From assembly GCA_023898645.1 (NCBI GenBank), contig CP060232.1, positions 390,001 to 422,000 on the forward strand: a stretch of DNA of 32,000 nucleotides, in the 5' to 3' direction. The translations under genes and the position numbers were made by a program. This DNA is from Candidatus Saccharimonadota bacterium. GTDB lineage: Bacteria; Patescibacteriota; Saccharimonadia; Saccharimonadales; Saccharimonadaceae. Positions 7,590 to 15,355 of the stretch are shown piece by piece. Under the pieces are notes generated by a model. That model had not been told where the DNA came from and searched no databases. It worked only from the letters and a program-made list of their open reading frames with translations. Position 1 is the first letter of the stretch, and each line of letters starts with the position of its first letter.

Positions 7590-9653
7590 GTGGAGAGACC
7601 AACTGCGCCCGACAGCGACAAGATACCGAACGGCTGGAATGAACAGGCGGCGAATGACTATGACCTGTATAGGCCGCGGGATTACTCTGAATTTCACTAC
7701 GATACCATTACTGCCGCCGACGTAAAATTTATCGTCAATGACGGGCTACAGCGAGTCAAAGACTATTACGAACGCGTCATCGAGACCGACGAGCTGACAT
7801 GGAATACCGTAATGGCTCCGCTTGATGACGCCGCTGATCAGATGGCGCATGTACACGGAAGGGCTTTGATACTTGGTGAAGTGCACCCGGATCAAGAAGT
7901 CCGAGATGTCGTAGCGGAGCTCGAGACAGACTTTATGCTGGAGGCGTCTGCCGTATGGTATCGAAAAGATTTATTGTCAAAAATTAAGGCATATTCAAAG
8001 ACTCGTGAAGCAAAGAAGTTAAAGGGCGAAAAGGCTAGGTGTCTAGAAGCGACACTCTATATGTATAGTCAGCTCGGTTTTAACCTGCCCCCGAAAAAGC
8101 AGGCTCGATTGAGGGAGATTGATGAAAAGTTGACCGTATATGCGGCTGAATTTGCGTTGAACTTAAAAAACGATAATACGGTCGTGATGTTGACTCAGGA
8201 AGAGCTGGCAGGTATGCCGGAGCGCTATATAAATGACCTGGAGCGAACTGATGACGGGGAATATGTGGTAACTATGAAGTATCCACATGTTGATCCTATT
8301 TTCATGCAGGCCGAAAATCGCGAAACGAGGCGAAAAATAAGTGAGGCATTTCATTCTGTTGGCGTGGAAGGAAATCGACAAATCTTAGAGGAATCGCTTT
8401 CACTGCGTCATGAATATGCGAAGATTTTAGGATATTCCTCGTGGATGCACTACAGTACGGATACTCATATGGTAGAAACGCCAGAGAAATTGATTGAGTT
8501 TTATAACGAACTATATGATCCGCTCATGGAGCGTGCCGCGCCAGAGTATGCAATCATGCAGGAGATGCTGGAAATTGACGGCCACGAGGGTCCGCTCATG
8601 ATTTATGACCGTGATTATTACGTGGCGAGATTGCAAGAATACAAGTATAAGATTGACCACGGAAAAATAAACGAATATTTGCCAGTCGAAGCCTGCTTAG
8701 ATGGGCTTCACGAGCTGTCGGGGGAACTGTTTGGCATAAAGATTAAGCAGGTTGATTTGCCGGTTTGGCACGAAGACGTAATGGCATATTCGGTTGAGGA
8801 CGCCAAGACGGGTGAGCTCAAAGCTACATTTTATTTGGACTTGTTTTCAAGGCCGGGTAAGTACACGCACGCAGCGACTATACCACTGCAACATGGTCGT
8901 AGGCTTGCGGATGGTACTTACCAAAAGCCTAGTGCAGTTATAGTTGCGAACTATTCACGACCTTGCTTTACGTACGAAGATTTAATTACACAGGCACATG
9001 AGGATGGGCATTTGTGGCAAATGCTTTTGACCAAGGCTGAGCTTATGGACTTTTCTGGCTGTAGTGTTGAGCATGACATTTGCGAAGCGCCGTCGCAAAT
9101 GATGGAGAACTTTATAAAGGAACCGGAAATACTGCGGCGCATTATGAAACATTATCAAACAGGTGAGCAGCTTGATGATGAATCTATAAAAGCTTTGGTG
9201 GAGTCGCAGCAGATTTATGATCTGTTTGAGTATTTGCGGCGGATGCATCTGGGTGACATAGACCTGACGCTGCATGGCGATTCGGAACAGTGGGATATCG
9301 CACAGGTTAATCACAATAGCTCATCGATTGCTATGTTTTTACAGCCAGAAGGTACTTTTTTACCAGGAAAGTTTGGACATATCATGGGCGGCTATGAGGG
9401 CGGTTACCATACGTATGCGTATTCGAAAGTAAAGGCCGATGATCACTATAGTGTGTTTGAGCAAAGCTCATCGGCTTATCGTGAAATCGGTATGAGGTAC
9501 CGGCGAATATTTCAAGAGCGCGGTGGTACGATTTCGTCTGCCGAAAACGAGTTGGAATTTTTAGGTCGTGAGCCAAATCACGAAGCATTTCTGCGGCGTA
9601 TGGGTATCGTAGCTACAAAAGCTACGCTACAAACGCCCGAACCAGGCTCTTAA
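7590..9653 (+). CDS. M3-family zinc metallopeptidase (oligopeptidase / thimet-Dcp-like)
   Basis: The HEXXH zinc motif (AHEDGHLW) sits at the position expected for M3, and the size of about 690 aa fits. The start is GTG at 7590, with AAGGAG 5 nt upstream. Confidence 0.85.
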   Translation: MERPTAPDSDKIPNGWNEQAANDYDLYRPRDYSEFHYDTITAADVKFIVNDGLQRVKDYYERVIETDELTWNTVMAPLDDAADQMAHVHGRALILGEVHPDQEVRDVVAELETDFMLEASAVWYRKDLLSKIKAYSKTREAKKLKGEKARCLEATLYMYSQLGFNLPPKKQARLREIDEKLTVYAAEFALNLKNDNTVVMLTQEELAGMPERYINDLERTDDGEYVVTMKYPHVDPIFMQAENRETRRKISEAFHSVGVEGNRQILEESLSLRHEYAKILGYSSWMHYSTDTHMVETPEKLIEFYNELYDPLMERAAPEYAIMQEMLEIDGHEGPLMIYDRDYYVARLQEYKYKIDHGKINEYLPVEACLDGLHELSGELFGIKIKQVDLPVWHEDVMAYSVEDAKTGELKATFYLDLFSRPGKYTHAATIPLQHGRRLADGTYQKPSAVIVANYSRPCFTYEDLITQAHEDGHLWQMLLTKAELMDFSGCSVEHDICEAPSQMMENFIKEPEILRRIMKHYQTGEQLDDESIKALVESQQIYDLFEYLRRMHLGDIDLTLHGDSEQWDIAQVNHNSSSIAMFLQPEGTFLPGKFGHIMGGYEGGYHTYAYSKVKADDHYSVFEQSSSAYREIGMRYRRIFQERGGTISSAENELEFLGREPNHEAFLRRMGIVATKATLQTPEPGS

Positions 9654-10045
9654 GCTGCGTCGTCGTTTTTAGGATTGGCGTGTCGAGGTGATTGATTGAG
9701 ATTGTCACGAATAAGTGTGTGAATCTTGCGGCAGGTGTTTTCTCGTTTCTCCGCTTCCGCCCTTGAGTGGGTCGGCTCTATGCCTTTGCATAGAAGTCGT
9801 ATGACAGGTTTACCGTCTCGGTCATTTTCAATTTGTTGCCGTAGTGCGCATTTGCCCATTTCACCTAACATGTTACAGCCATAAGCAATTTTAGGAGCGT
9901 CGTCATGTTGCGGTCTTTCTTCGACCGAAGTAGGGTCGTCTTCATCAGAGCAGTCGGTTTGACTATAGGTACTACGTTCATGATCTGATATGGGTGTCCT
10001 AGATTCGTACGAGACGTAATATATAGGTTCCCTATGTATAGCCAT
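9650..10045 (-). CDS. hypothetical acidic, Cys-containing protein (131 aa)
   Basis: It has an ATG start with AAGGA about 9 nt upstream and fills an otherwise empty 400-bp gap. Its stop shares the TTAA of a CTTAAG palindrome with the convergent peptidase gene. I recognised no motif. Confidence 0.45.
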   Translation of the reverse strand: MAIHREPIYYVSYESRTPISDHERSTYSQTDCSDEDDPTSVEERPQHDDAPKIAYGCNMLGEMGKCALRQQIENDRDGKPVIRLLCKGIEPTHSRAEAEKRENTCRKIHTLIRDNLNQSPRHANPKNDDAA

Positions 10046-10208
10046 GTTGAAGGTTCCTTTGTAGCTCCATTATACATAATGTTTACGGTTTTAAATTTTA
10101 CTTAGTATATTTTCTTTGGTTTAAGCTTACGGTGTACATAAAATGCCTGATTATGCCGAAACATAAATCAAACGAAACATAAAAGCAACCTTTTTTTGCG
10201 TATAACGC

Positions 10209-10236
10209 TTGCGCTTCATGCAATTTCGATTATACT
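10209..10236 (+). promoter_or_regulatory. sigma70-like promoter for the pilin-like gene (predicts a leaderless mRNA)
   Basis: TTGCGC (10209-10214), a 16-nt spacer, then TATACT (10231-10236). The ATG at 10244 lies 7 nt downstream and no Shine-Dalgarno is present. Confidence 0.4.
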
Positions 10237-10243
10237 TATGCTC

Positions 10244-11329
10244 ATGAAGAAACATATCCTTGGATTCACATTAGTCGAAATTATATTAGCAATATCCGTT
10301 TTAGGAATTTTGGGCGCTATTGCTGCCGTAAACTTATCTGGCTTTGAGACATCATCAAGCAACAAAGTTCGTTCCACGGAGGTCAAGCAATGGGCTTCTA
10401 CCTTTGATTTGTACAAGAGTCGATTTGGGGTTTGGCCAGTGTTGCCTAAAAGTGACGGCACTTCAACTGTCTGTCTGGGCGACTTTACGACAGTTGGAGG
10501 CAAGTGCGGTAACTTAGCTACGCAGTCGTATAGTGGTGCAGTAGACAATAGCTTGCTAAAGGCTGTAGAGACGGTCGGCAATCAACCTAAAGACACTGCA
10601 CCAGCGGTTGGCGATAAGATTGCCGGGCCGGTTGCATATATGACACAGACGACCGATCAAAATACTGGCATCGCTACTGTAACGATTAAGTACGTAGGTT
10701 TCTTTAAAGGCAATACTTGCCCAGAAGGCTTTGATCCATACAGCACGAACATACCCCAGGAACTTAATGCAGTTTCATGTTCACTCCATGATGGTGGCAG
10801 TAGCTTTGCGTATGATTCTGGAAACCCACCAGTGCCACCTACGTCTACAACCGCGACACCAGTACCGACTCCAGTCGCGACTCCAATTGCAACTCCAGTC
10901 GCAACACCAACTCCTACTCCAAGACCAACTCCTACTCCAAGACCAGCTGCTACTCCTATTGCGTTACCGATCCCCGTGCCAAGTACTTCAACAACCGCTC
11001 AGCAGAAATGCCCTAACAATACAAATACTTTCACAAAAGGTTTCAGCGTCGGATTCTGCACAGGCCTCTTCCTGACTGGCGTGGCAACGGCAACGACTCT
11101 AGCGGTCGGCGGTACCCTTGCAGTAGCTGCAACGTTAGTGGGTGGTCCTCTTGCAGGTGCCGCAGTGATTGGAGCTACTTTGGCTGTCGCAGCAGTTGGT
11201 GTCGTAGCGGGTGTGGCACAAAGTGTGGTTGCTGGTGTGGTTACCGGTACGATTGCCGTAGTAGTTGAAGCGACAGTCAATGTAGTGACATCGATATTCA
11301 AGGGCATCGGCCATCTGTTCGGCTTCTAA
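10244..11329 (+). CDS. type IV pilin-like (prepilin N-terminal cleavage/methylation domain) protein with a Pro/Thr linker and a hydrophobic Gly/Ala/Val C-terminal tail
   Basis: MKKHILG|FTLVEIILAISVLGILGAIAAVNL is a class III signal with Glu at +5. Two Cys pairs lie in the globular part. I preferred the ATG at 10244 (alternative 10238) over the track's TTG at 10196. Confidence 0.75.
   Translation: MKKHILGFTLVEIILAISVLGILGAIAAVNLSGFETSSSNKVRSTEVKQWASTFDLYKSRFGVWPVLPKSDGTSTVCLGDFTTVGGKCGNLATQSYSGAVDNSLLKAVETVGNQPKDTAPAVGDKIAGPVAYMTQTTDQNTGIATVTIKYVGFFKGNTCPEGFDPYSTNIPQELNAVSCSLHDGGSSFAYDSGNPPVPPTSTTATPVPTPVATPIATPVATPTPTPRPTPTPRPAATPIALPIPVPSTSTTAQQKCPNNTNTFTKGFSVGFCTGLFLTGVATATTLAVGGTLAVAATLVGGPLAGAAVIGATLAVAAVGVVAGVAQSVVAGVVTGTIAVVVEATVNVVTSIFKGIGHLFGF
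10909..10944 (+). repeat. perfect 18-nt tandem duplication (aactcctactccaagacc x2) inside the pilin Pro/Thr linker
   Basis: I read it directly: 10909-10926 is identical to 10927-10944. It encodes (T)PTPRP twice. Related 24-nt-period copies of actccagtcgc lie just upstream. Confidence 0.9.
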
Positions 11330-11370
11330 ATACGTACCTACTACCACTTGATCTTACCTTCGAGTAATAA

Positions 11371-11402
11371 ATAACACACGACGACTGTCGTGTGTTATTT
11401 TG
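11371..11402. terminator. strong bidirectional terminator between the convergent pilin-like and FMN reductase genes
   Basis: A perfect 12-bp stem ataacacacgac/gtcgtgtgttat has a 4-nt loop (gact). It is flanked by an A-rich run on the left and TTTTGT on the right. Confidence 0.8.
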
Positions 11403-11419
11403 TCGGGGAATTATGATTA

Positions 11420-11998
11420 TTAACGGGCGTCTTTAAGAGCACTCGTGTACCACAGGAGACTTTCAAGTTGTGTTTCTAAGGCAGCTTGAGGGCCGTGGGG
11501 ACGTTCTGCAATCTCTTTCTTTAGTTTGCCGGTATCATCAAGGGATTCAGACAGACGATCGCTAAAAAATAGTGCTTGCGGGATGGTAACCGCACCCACG
11601 CCTGGCAATATCATACGTAGTGTTGCGATGGCTTGCGCACCTCCGCTACTGCCGTGTCCGACTAGTGCGACAGGTTTATCATCAATCTCGTGCCCTATGA
11701 CATCGATGGCATTTTTAAGAACCGCCGATGTCGCTCGATTGTATTCGGGCGTTACAATGACGTAGCTGTCAAACTCGGCAATTTTACTAAGCCATTTTGC
11801 GGTTTCGGTGTCTGGTTTTCGGTTTGGGTCATAGCGCGGACTTGTCGGTTCATTGAGAAACGGCATCGGGTAGTCGCGCAAATCAAGCAGCTCAGCATCC
11901 GCCATGTTGTCTAGGTTGCTTGCAACCCATTTTGCTAGTTTGTCTGTATGTCGACCTTGGCGCGTGCTGCCTATGATCACTGCAATTTTTAGGCTCAT
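11420..11998 (-). CDS. NAD(P)H-dependent FMN reductase family oxidoreductase
   Basis: MSLKIAVIIGSTRQGRHTDKLAKWV is the typical N-terminus of the FMN_red family, and the size is about 190 aa. Shine-Dalgarno AAAGGAGGGA lies upstream. Confidence 0.85.
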   Translation of the reverse strand: MSLKIAVIIGSTRQGRHTDKLAKWVASNLDNMADAELLDLRDYPMPFLNEPTSPRYDPNRKPDTETAKWLSKIAEFDSYVIVTPEYNRATSAVLKNAIDVIGHEIDDKPVALVGHGSSGGAQAIATLRMILPGVGAVTIPQALFFSDRLSESLDDTGKLKKEIAERPHGPQAALETQLESLLWYTSALKDAR

Positions 11999-12139
11999 AT
12001 ATCCCTCCTTTGAGACGTGTTTCGTTACTTTCGAGTATAGACGTGTTGCTATACTTTGTAAAGCATATATATGAAATCATGTATGAAAAGCGGCAACTAG
12101 TCACTTGTTATAAGATGCTTGCGATGATAGCATAAGCGA

Positions 12140-12712
12140 ATGGAATTCATTAAGAAACATGCTAAATTTATACCACTTGTAGGCGTAGTAATGGTGATAG
12201 GCATTATGTTCGTCACCCTGTATGTTACTGCTCAGCAGGTGTTGCGAACGAATGCAAATTGGCCGCAGATACAGATAGCCGAGGATGTTGCTGCGCAGCT
12301 AAATAATAATAATCTTACGCCTCAATCTCTCATTGGTAATTCAGTGGATATGTCTAAGAGCTTGGCATCTTTTACAAGTATCTATGATGTAACTGGACGT
12401 ACTGTTACCGGCTCGGGGTACCTAGATGGGCAAGTAGCAGTGCCGCCAAAAGGAATTCTGACATCTGCTGAGGGCCAGCCATATAACGCCGTTACGTGGC
12501 AGCCAAAGTCTGGAGTGCGTATAGCTGCAGTTGTAGTAAAGGCAAAAAATTACTATGTACTCAGTGGCCGTTCTCTGGTGGAAGTAGAAAAAAATGAAGG
12601 TCAAATTCTTACTATCACACTCGTTGGCGGGCTATTGAGTTTAGTGATAGTTGGCGGAATTGTGTGGTTAAAACTGCGCATCGGTCTGTTGGACCATAGT
12701 TCACGCAAGTAG
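12140..12712 (+). CDS. hypothetical two-TM membrane protein with an extracytoplasmic domain of about 130 aa
   Basis: An N-terminal TM helix (FIPLVGVVMVIGIMFVTLYV) and a C-terminal TM helix (ILTITLVGGLLSLVIVGGIVWL) bracket a soluble domain. The topology resembles a sensor input module, but no output domain is present. Confidence 0.6.
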   Translation: MEFIKKHAKFIPLVGVVMVIGIMFVTLYVTAQQVLRTNANWPQIQIAEDVAAQLNNNNLTPQSLIGNSVDMSKSLASFTSIYDVTGRTVTGSGYLDGQVAVPPKGILTSAEGQPYNAVTWQPKSGVRIAAVVVKAKNYYVLSGRSLVEVEKNEGQILTITLVGGLLSLVIVGGIVWLKLRIGLLDHSSRK

Positions 12713-12771
12713 ATGATTACATAACGGTGTGATTGATTAGTGTAGGCTAGTGTGGTTTAATCAAGCCCACT

Positions 12772-13719
12772 ATGGGCTATACAGTTGAAGACAATGGCAA
12801 TCGCCGTTACAAAATTAATAAAAATAGAGAAATAGTTAGGCCATCTACTGGTCAGGATTTTTGCGTTGATCGTGTAAAGGCAGGGCTTGGTCGAACGGCT
12901 GTCATGCGAGGTCGTATTTTTCATCCGGAAGGCGGAGCTGACGAACCGCTTAATGTTGTAGCTATGAACGGCTGGTCTGCTCCAGCAGCGTCATACTATG
13001 AAGGTGCTGGCAAAATGGCAAGTATGGGTATCGCCACTGCGGTTTATGACACTATACATCTACCTAGCATCAAAGATTTTAAGGATTCACTTCGTGCTGC
13101 CGAGATGGGTGGCATAGCTATGATTGACATTATGGGAGAAGTTGTCGGCGACAATGAGACTGCGCTAATTGGGCATTCTACGGGAGCGATTACTGCATGG
13201 AGGGTCGCGCAAAATGACGATAGGCCTAGTTATGTTGTAGGTGAAGCTCCCGCCGGGATTGAGCACCGTAACATGGGAAGAGTCTATCTGAAAGAAAACC
13301 TGAAAGACATAGTGCAAAATGAGTTTATGAAGTATTTCAAACATTTGTTTACTGATAAATTCGGCTTGCAGGTAGCGGGTGAATTTTTAGTACTTAATAC
13401 GACTGAACCAACTCGACTTATACGACAAGCCTGGATGCTTTCTAAGGGGCCGGACTTGGCGCCAATGATGGCAACAGCTCATGAAAAGGGTATGCTGAAC
13501 GGCGTTATCCTTCATGGAAACGATAAATTTTTCCATATGGACAAGCAGATCGAAATCATTGATCGTAAAAAACACCTTTTTGATCTAGTGCGAATAGAAG
13601 AAGACTCCACGCATCTTCACCCAAATATGTACCCTACTAGAAACGCGGAAATAAGGGTGGAGGTTCTAAATACGCTACGGGGTATCAGAAAGCTTGGTAG
13701 CCAAGCTTTGTCTAGTTAG
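12772..13719 (+). CDS. alpha/beta hydrolase
   Basis: It has the nucleophile elbow GHSTGA and a late His (DSTHLHP). The size fits the fold. Confidence 0.7.
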   Translation: MGYTVEDNGNRRYKINKNREIVRPSTGQDFCVDRVKAGLGRTAVMRGRIFHPEGGADEPLNVVAMNGWSAPAASYYEGAGKMASMGIATAVYDTIHLPSIKDFKDSLRAAEMGGIAMIDIMGEVVGDNETALIGHSTGAITAWRVAQNDDRPSYVVGEAPAGIEHRNMGRVYLKENLKDIVQNEFMKYFKHLFTDKFGLQVAGEFLVLNTTEPTRLIRQAWMLSKGPDLAPMMATAHEKGMLNGVILHGNDKFFHMDKQIEIIDRKKHLFDLVRIEEDSTHLHPNMYPTRNAEIRVEVLNTLRGIRKLGSQALSS

Positions 13720-14233
13720 CGTTAGTTTCGTTGCTGAAAAGAAGCGTCTCAAATAGGTCGTCAGCTTCTTCAGAATCTGGACGGGCGTATACCGCCATTT
13801 TCATAACAGATGGTATTAGTTTGTAGGCTACAAAGTCTCCTGCGAACAGCTTTTCTGCAGGTGGCAGTTCTTCGTGGCTTAATTCGGCGCTCTTACTGTA
13901 CATACTGTTGAGGATTTTGCGCTGGGCGTCTGGGTCGTTTATTTTTACAACATGACCACTGACTTGTAGTTGGCTTTGGGCGGCTTCATCGTAGATGACG
14001 TACTCAGCTCGATTATTTTCTTCGAGGTTTTTGTTTTTTTGAGTTTCGGACTTCGTTGCGAATAATAAGCAGAAGCCGTCGTCGACAGCATAATATATAA
14101 CAGCGCCATGTGGATTTGCCGAGCTGTCGCTTGTGGCGAGTACTCCACTGTTATGAGATGCCAAGAAGTCGCGTATAAGGTATTCGCTGTTTGATGACGA
14201 GGTTGATTCGATAGTGAGCGGCATAACTGTCAA
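13712..14233 (-). CDS. pyridoxamine 5'-phosphate oxidase-like FMN-binding split-barrel protein
   Basis: IRDFLASHNSGVLATSDSSANPHGAVIYYAVDDGFCLLFATKSETQKNKNLEEN is the typical PNPOx-like pattern. Its end overlaps the convergent hydrolase gene by 8 nt. Confidence 0.75.
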   Translation of the reverse strand: MTVMPLTIESTSSSNSEYLIRDFLASHNSGVLATSDSSANPHGAVIYYAVDDGFCLLFATKSETQKNKNLEENNRAEYVIYDEAAQSQLQVSGHVVKINDPDAQRKILNSMYSKSAELSHEELPPAEKLFAGDFVAYKLIPSVMKMAVYARPDSEEADDLFETLLFSNETNAN

Positions 14234-14310
14234 TTCTCCTTATGATTTGTCTAATGCTCCTATAGTAGCATTACTTTGCTATAATGTCTCAAGACCTAGT
14301 AGGTTTACGT

Positions 14311-14384
14311 GGCGCGTTGGCGGAGCGGTTACGCAGAGGTCTGCAAAACCTCGTAGATGGGTTCGACTCCCATACGTGCCTCCA
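14311..14384 (+). tRNA. tRNA-Cys (anticodon GCA), CCA encoded
   Basis: I folded it by hand. The acceptor is GGCGCGT/ACGTGCC (one G-U pair), the anticodon stem-loop is GAGGT-CTGCAAA-ACCTC, the T arm is ATGGG-TTCGACT-CCCAT, and the 3' end is TCCA. An extended -10 box TGcTATAAT lies at 14277-14285. Confidence 0.9.
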
Positions 14385-14400
14385 CGTCGAAATTCATTCC

Positions 14401-14447
14401 GGCCTCAGGGCAGGCAAAGACGGAACTCTTTGTCTGCCGTTGAGGCC
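14401..14447. other. long imperfect hairpin 17 nt downstream of tRNA-Cys (probable processing or termination structure)
   Basis: ggcctca-gg-gcaggcaaaga ... tctttgtctgc-cg-tgaggcc gives 7 + 11 bp (one G-U pair) separated by a 2x2 internal loop. No clear T-run follows on either strand. Confidence 0.5.
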
Positions 14448-14511
14448 TTCATAGTTCCTCCTCTAAATTTCACAAACAGTAATCTTGGTTTGTAAAATTT
14501 GGAAACAGCAG

Positions 14512-14544
14512 AATTTAAAATAATCTCGATGATGCGAGATTATT
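14512..14544 (-). terminator. Rho-independent terminator of the serine hydrolase gene, overlapping its stop codon
   Basis: The 10-bp stem aataatctcg/cgagattatt (14519-14544) is followed on the minus strand by TTTTAAATT. Confidence 0.6.
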
Positions 14545-15130
14545 TTTGATTGATGGTTGCAAGAAGTTCGGGAAATGTCGGATCAAGGAAATGTCCCATG
14601 TCGTCAAAGCTATGCACGATTGCTGAGGGCAGATCTCGTTGGAACTTGGCAAGTTCCGTATATGATACGACAGGATCGTCTTTGCTATGGAATAGATGAA
14701 TCGTCTCGGCACTTTCGAAAAGCCGGTCAGCTGAAGATAGAGAGAAGCTCCCGAGGTCTTCTGAAGAATCGTCATCATAGCCGCCTGCAACGAGAATGAG
14801 CTGGTGAACTTTTTTGTTTAACGGATACTCTTGTAGGTATTTTGCGAGGAACATAGCGCCGAGGCTGTGGCCGACAATACTGACGTCATCGTCGAAAAAC
14901 GGAATGAGTTTTTCGAAAAGAATTTTCCACTCTTCAAATACTGCGTTATCGCTGTTCGGAAACGACGGCAACAACACATCTACTTCTGGAAGTTGCTCTG
15001 CAAGCCATTGCTTCCAACTGCGTTTTGGTAGTAGACGATTGTAATCCACGGATCTCCCTTGGAGATCTTTGAAATAAGCTTCGTATGAGGAAAAACTATC
15101 TCCGCCATGAATTATGAGTATTTGCTTCAT
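14540..15130 (-). CDS. YdeN/RBBP9-type serine hydrolase (alpha/beta fold)
   Basis: MKQILIIHGG... is followed by the nucleophile elbow GHSLGA, a late Asp (SKDDPVV) and a late His (DMGHF). The size of about 195 aa is typical of the family. Confidence 0.75.
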   Translation of the reverse strand: MKQILIIHGGDSFSSYEAYFKDLQGRSVDYNRLLPKRSWKQWLAEQLPEVDVLLPSFPNSDNAVFEEWKILFEKLIPFFDDDVSIVGHSLGAMFLAKYLQEYPLNKKVHQLILVAGGYDDDSSEDLGSFSLSSADRLFESAETIHLFHSKDDPVVSYTELAKFQRDLPSAIVHSFDDMGHFLDPTFPELLATINQK

Positions 15131-15153
15131 ATTTTTAGTATACTAGAGACTAA

Positions 15154-15240
15154 GCGCGGGTGGTGGAATCGGTAGACACGAGAGACTTAAAATCTCTTGG
15201 CCGCAAGGCCGTGCGGGTTCAAGTCCCGCCCCGCGCACCA
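15154..15240 (+). tRNA. tRNA-Leu (anticodon UAA), type II long variable arm, CCA encoded
   Basis: The acceptor is GCGCGGG/CCCGCGC, the anticodon stem-loop is AGAGA-CTTAAAA-TCTCT, the long variable arm is GGCCGCAAGGCC, the T arm is GCGGG-TTCAAGT-CCCGC, and the 3' end is ACCA. Confidence 0.92.
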
Positions 15241-15250
15241 AATTGATATA

Positions 15251-15273
15251 ACGACCCTTGAGGTCGTTTTATT
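15251..15273 (+). terminator. Rho-independent terminator after tRNA-Leu
   Basis: The stem is acgacc/ggtcgt with loop cttga, followed by TTTTATT. Confidence 0.7.
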
Positions 15274-15355
15274 GTGTTCAACATTGTCGATTTATAAGGT
15301 TACGTTTGTTATACTATATATACACATCAAATAGATACGAAGGGAATTTGAAATT

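Noticed and set aside
10196-10243. A TTG start at 10196 for the pilin-like gene.
   Set aside because: It would add 16 residues ahead of the short basic prepilin leader (MKKHILG|F) and would overlap the predicted promoter. The ATG at 10244 (or 10238) gives a canonical class III signal peptide.
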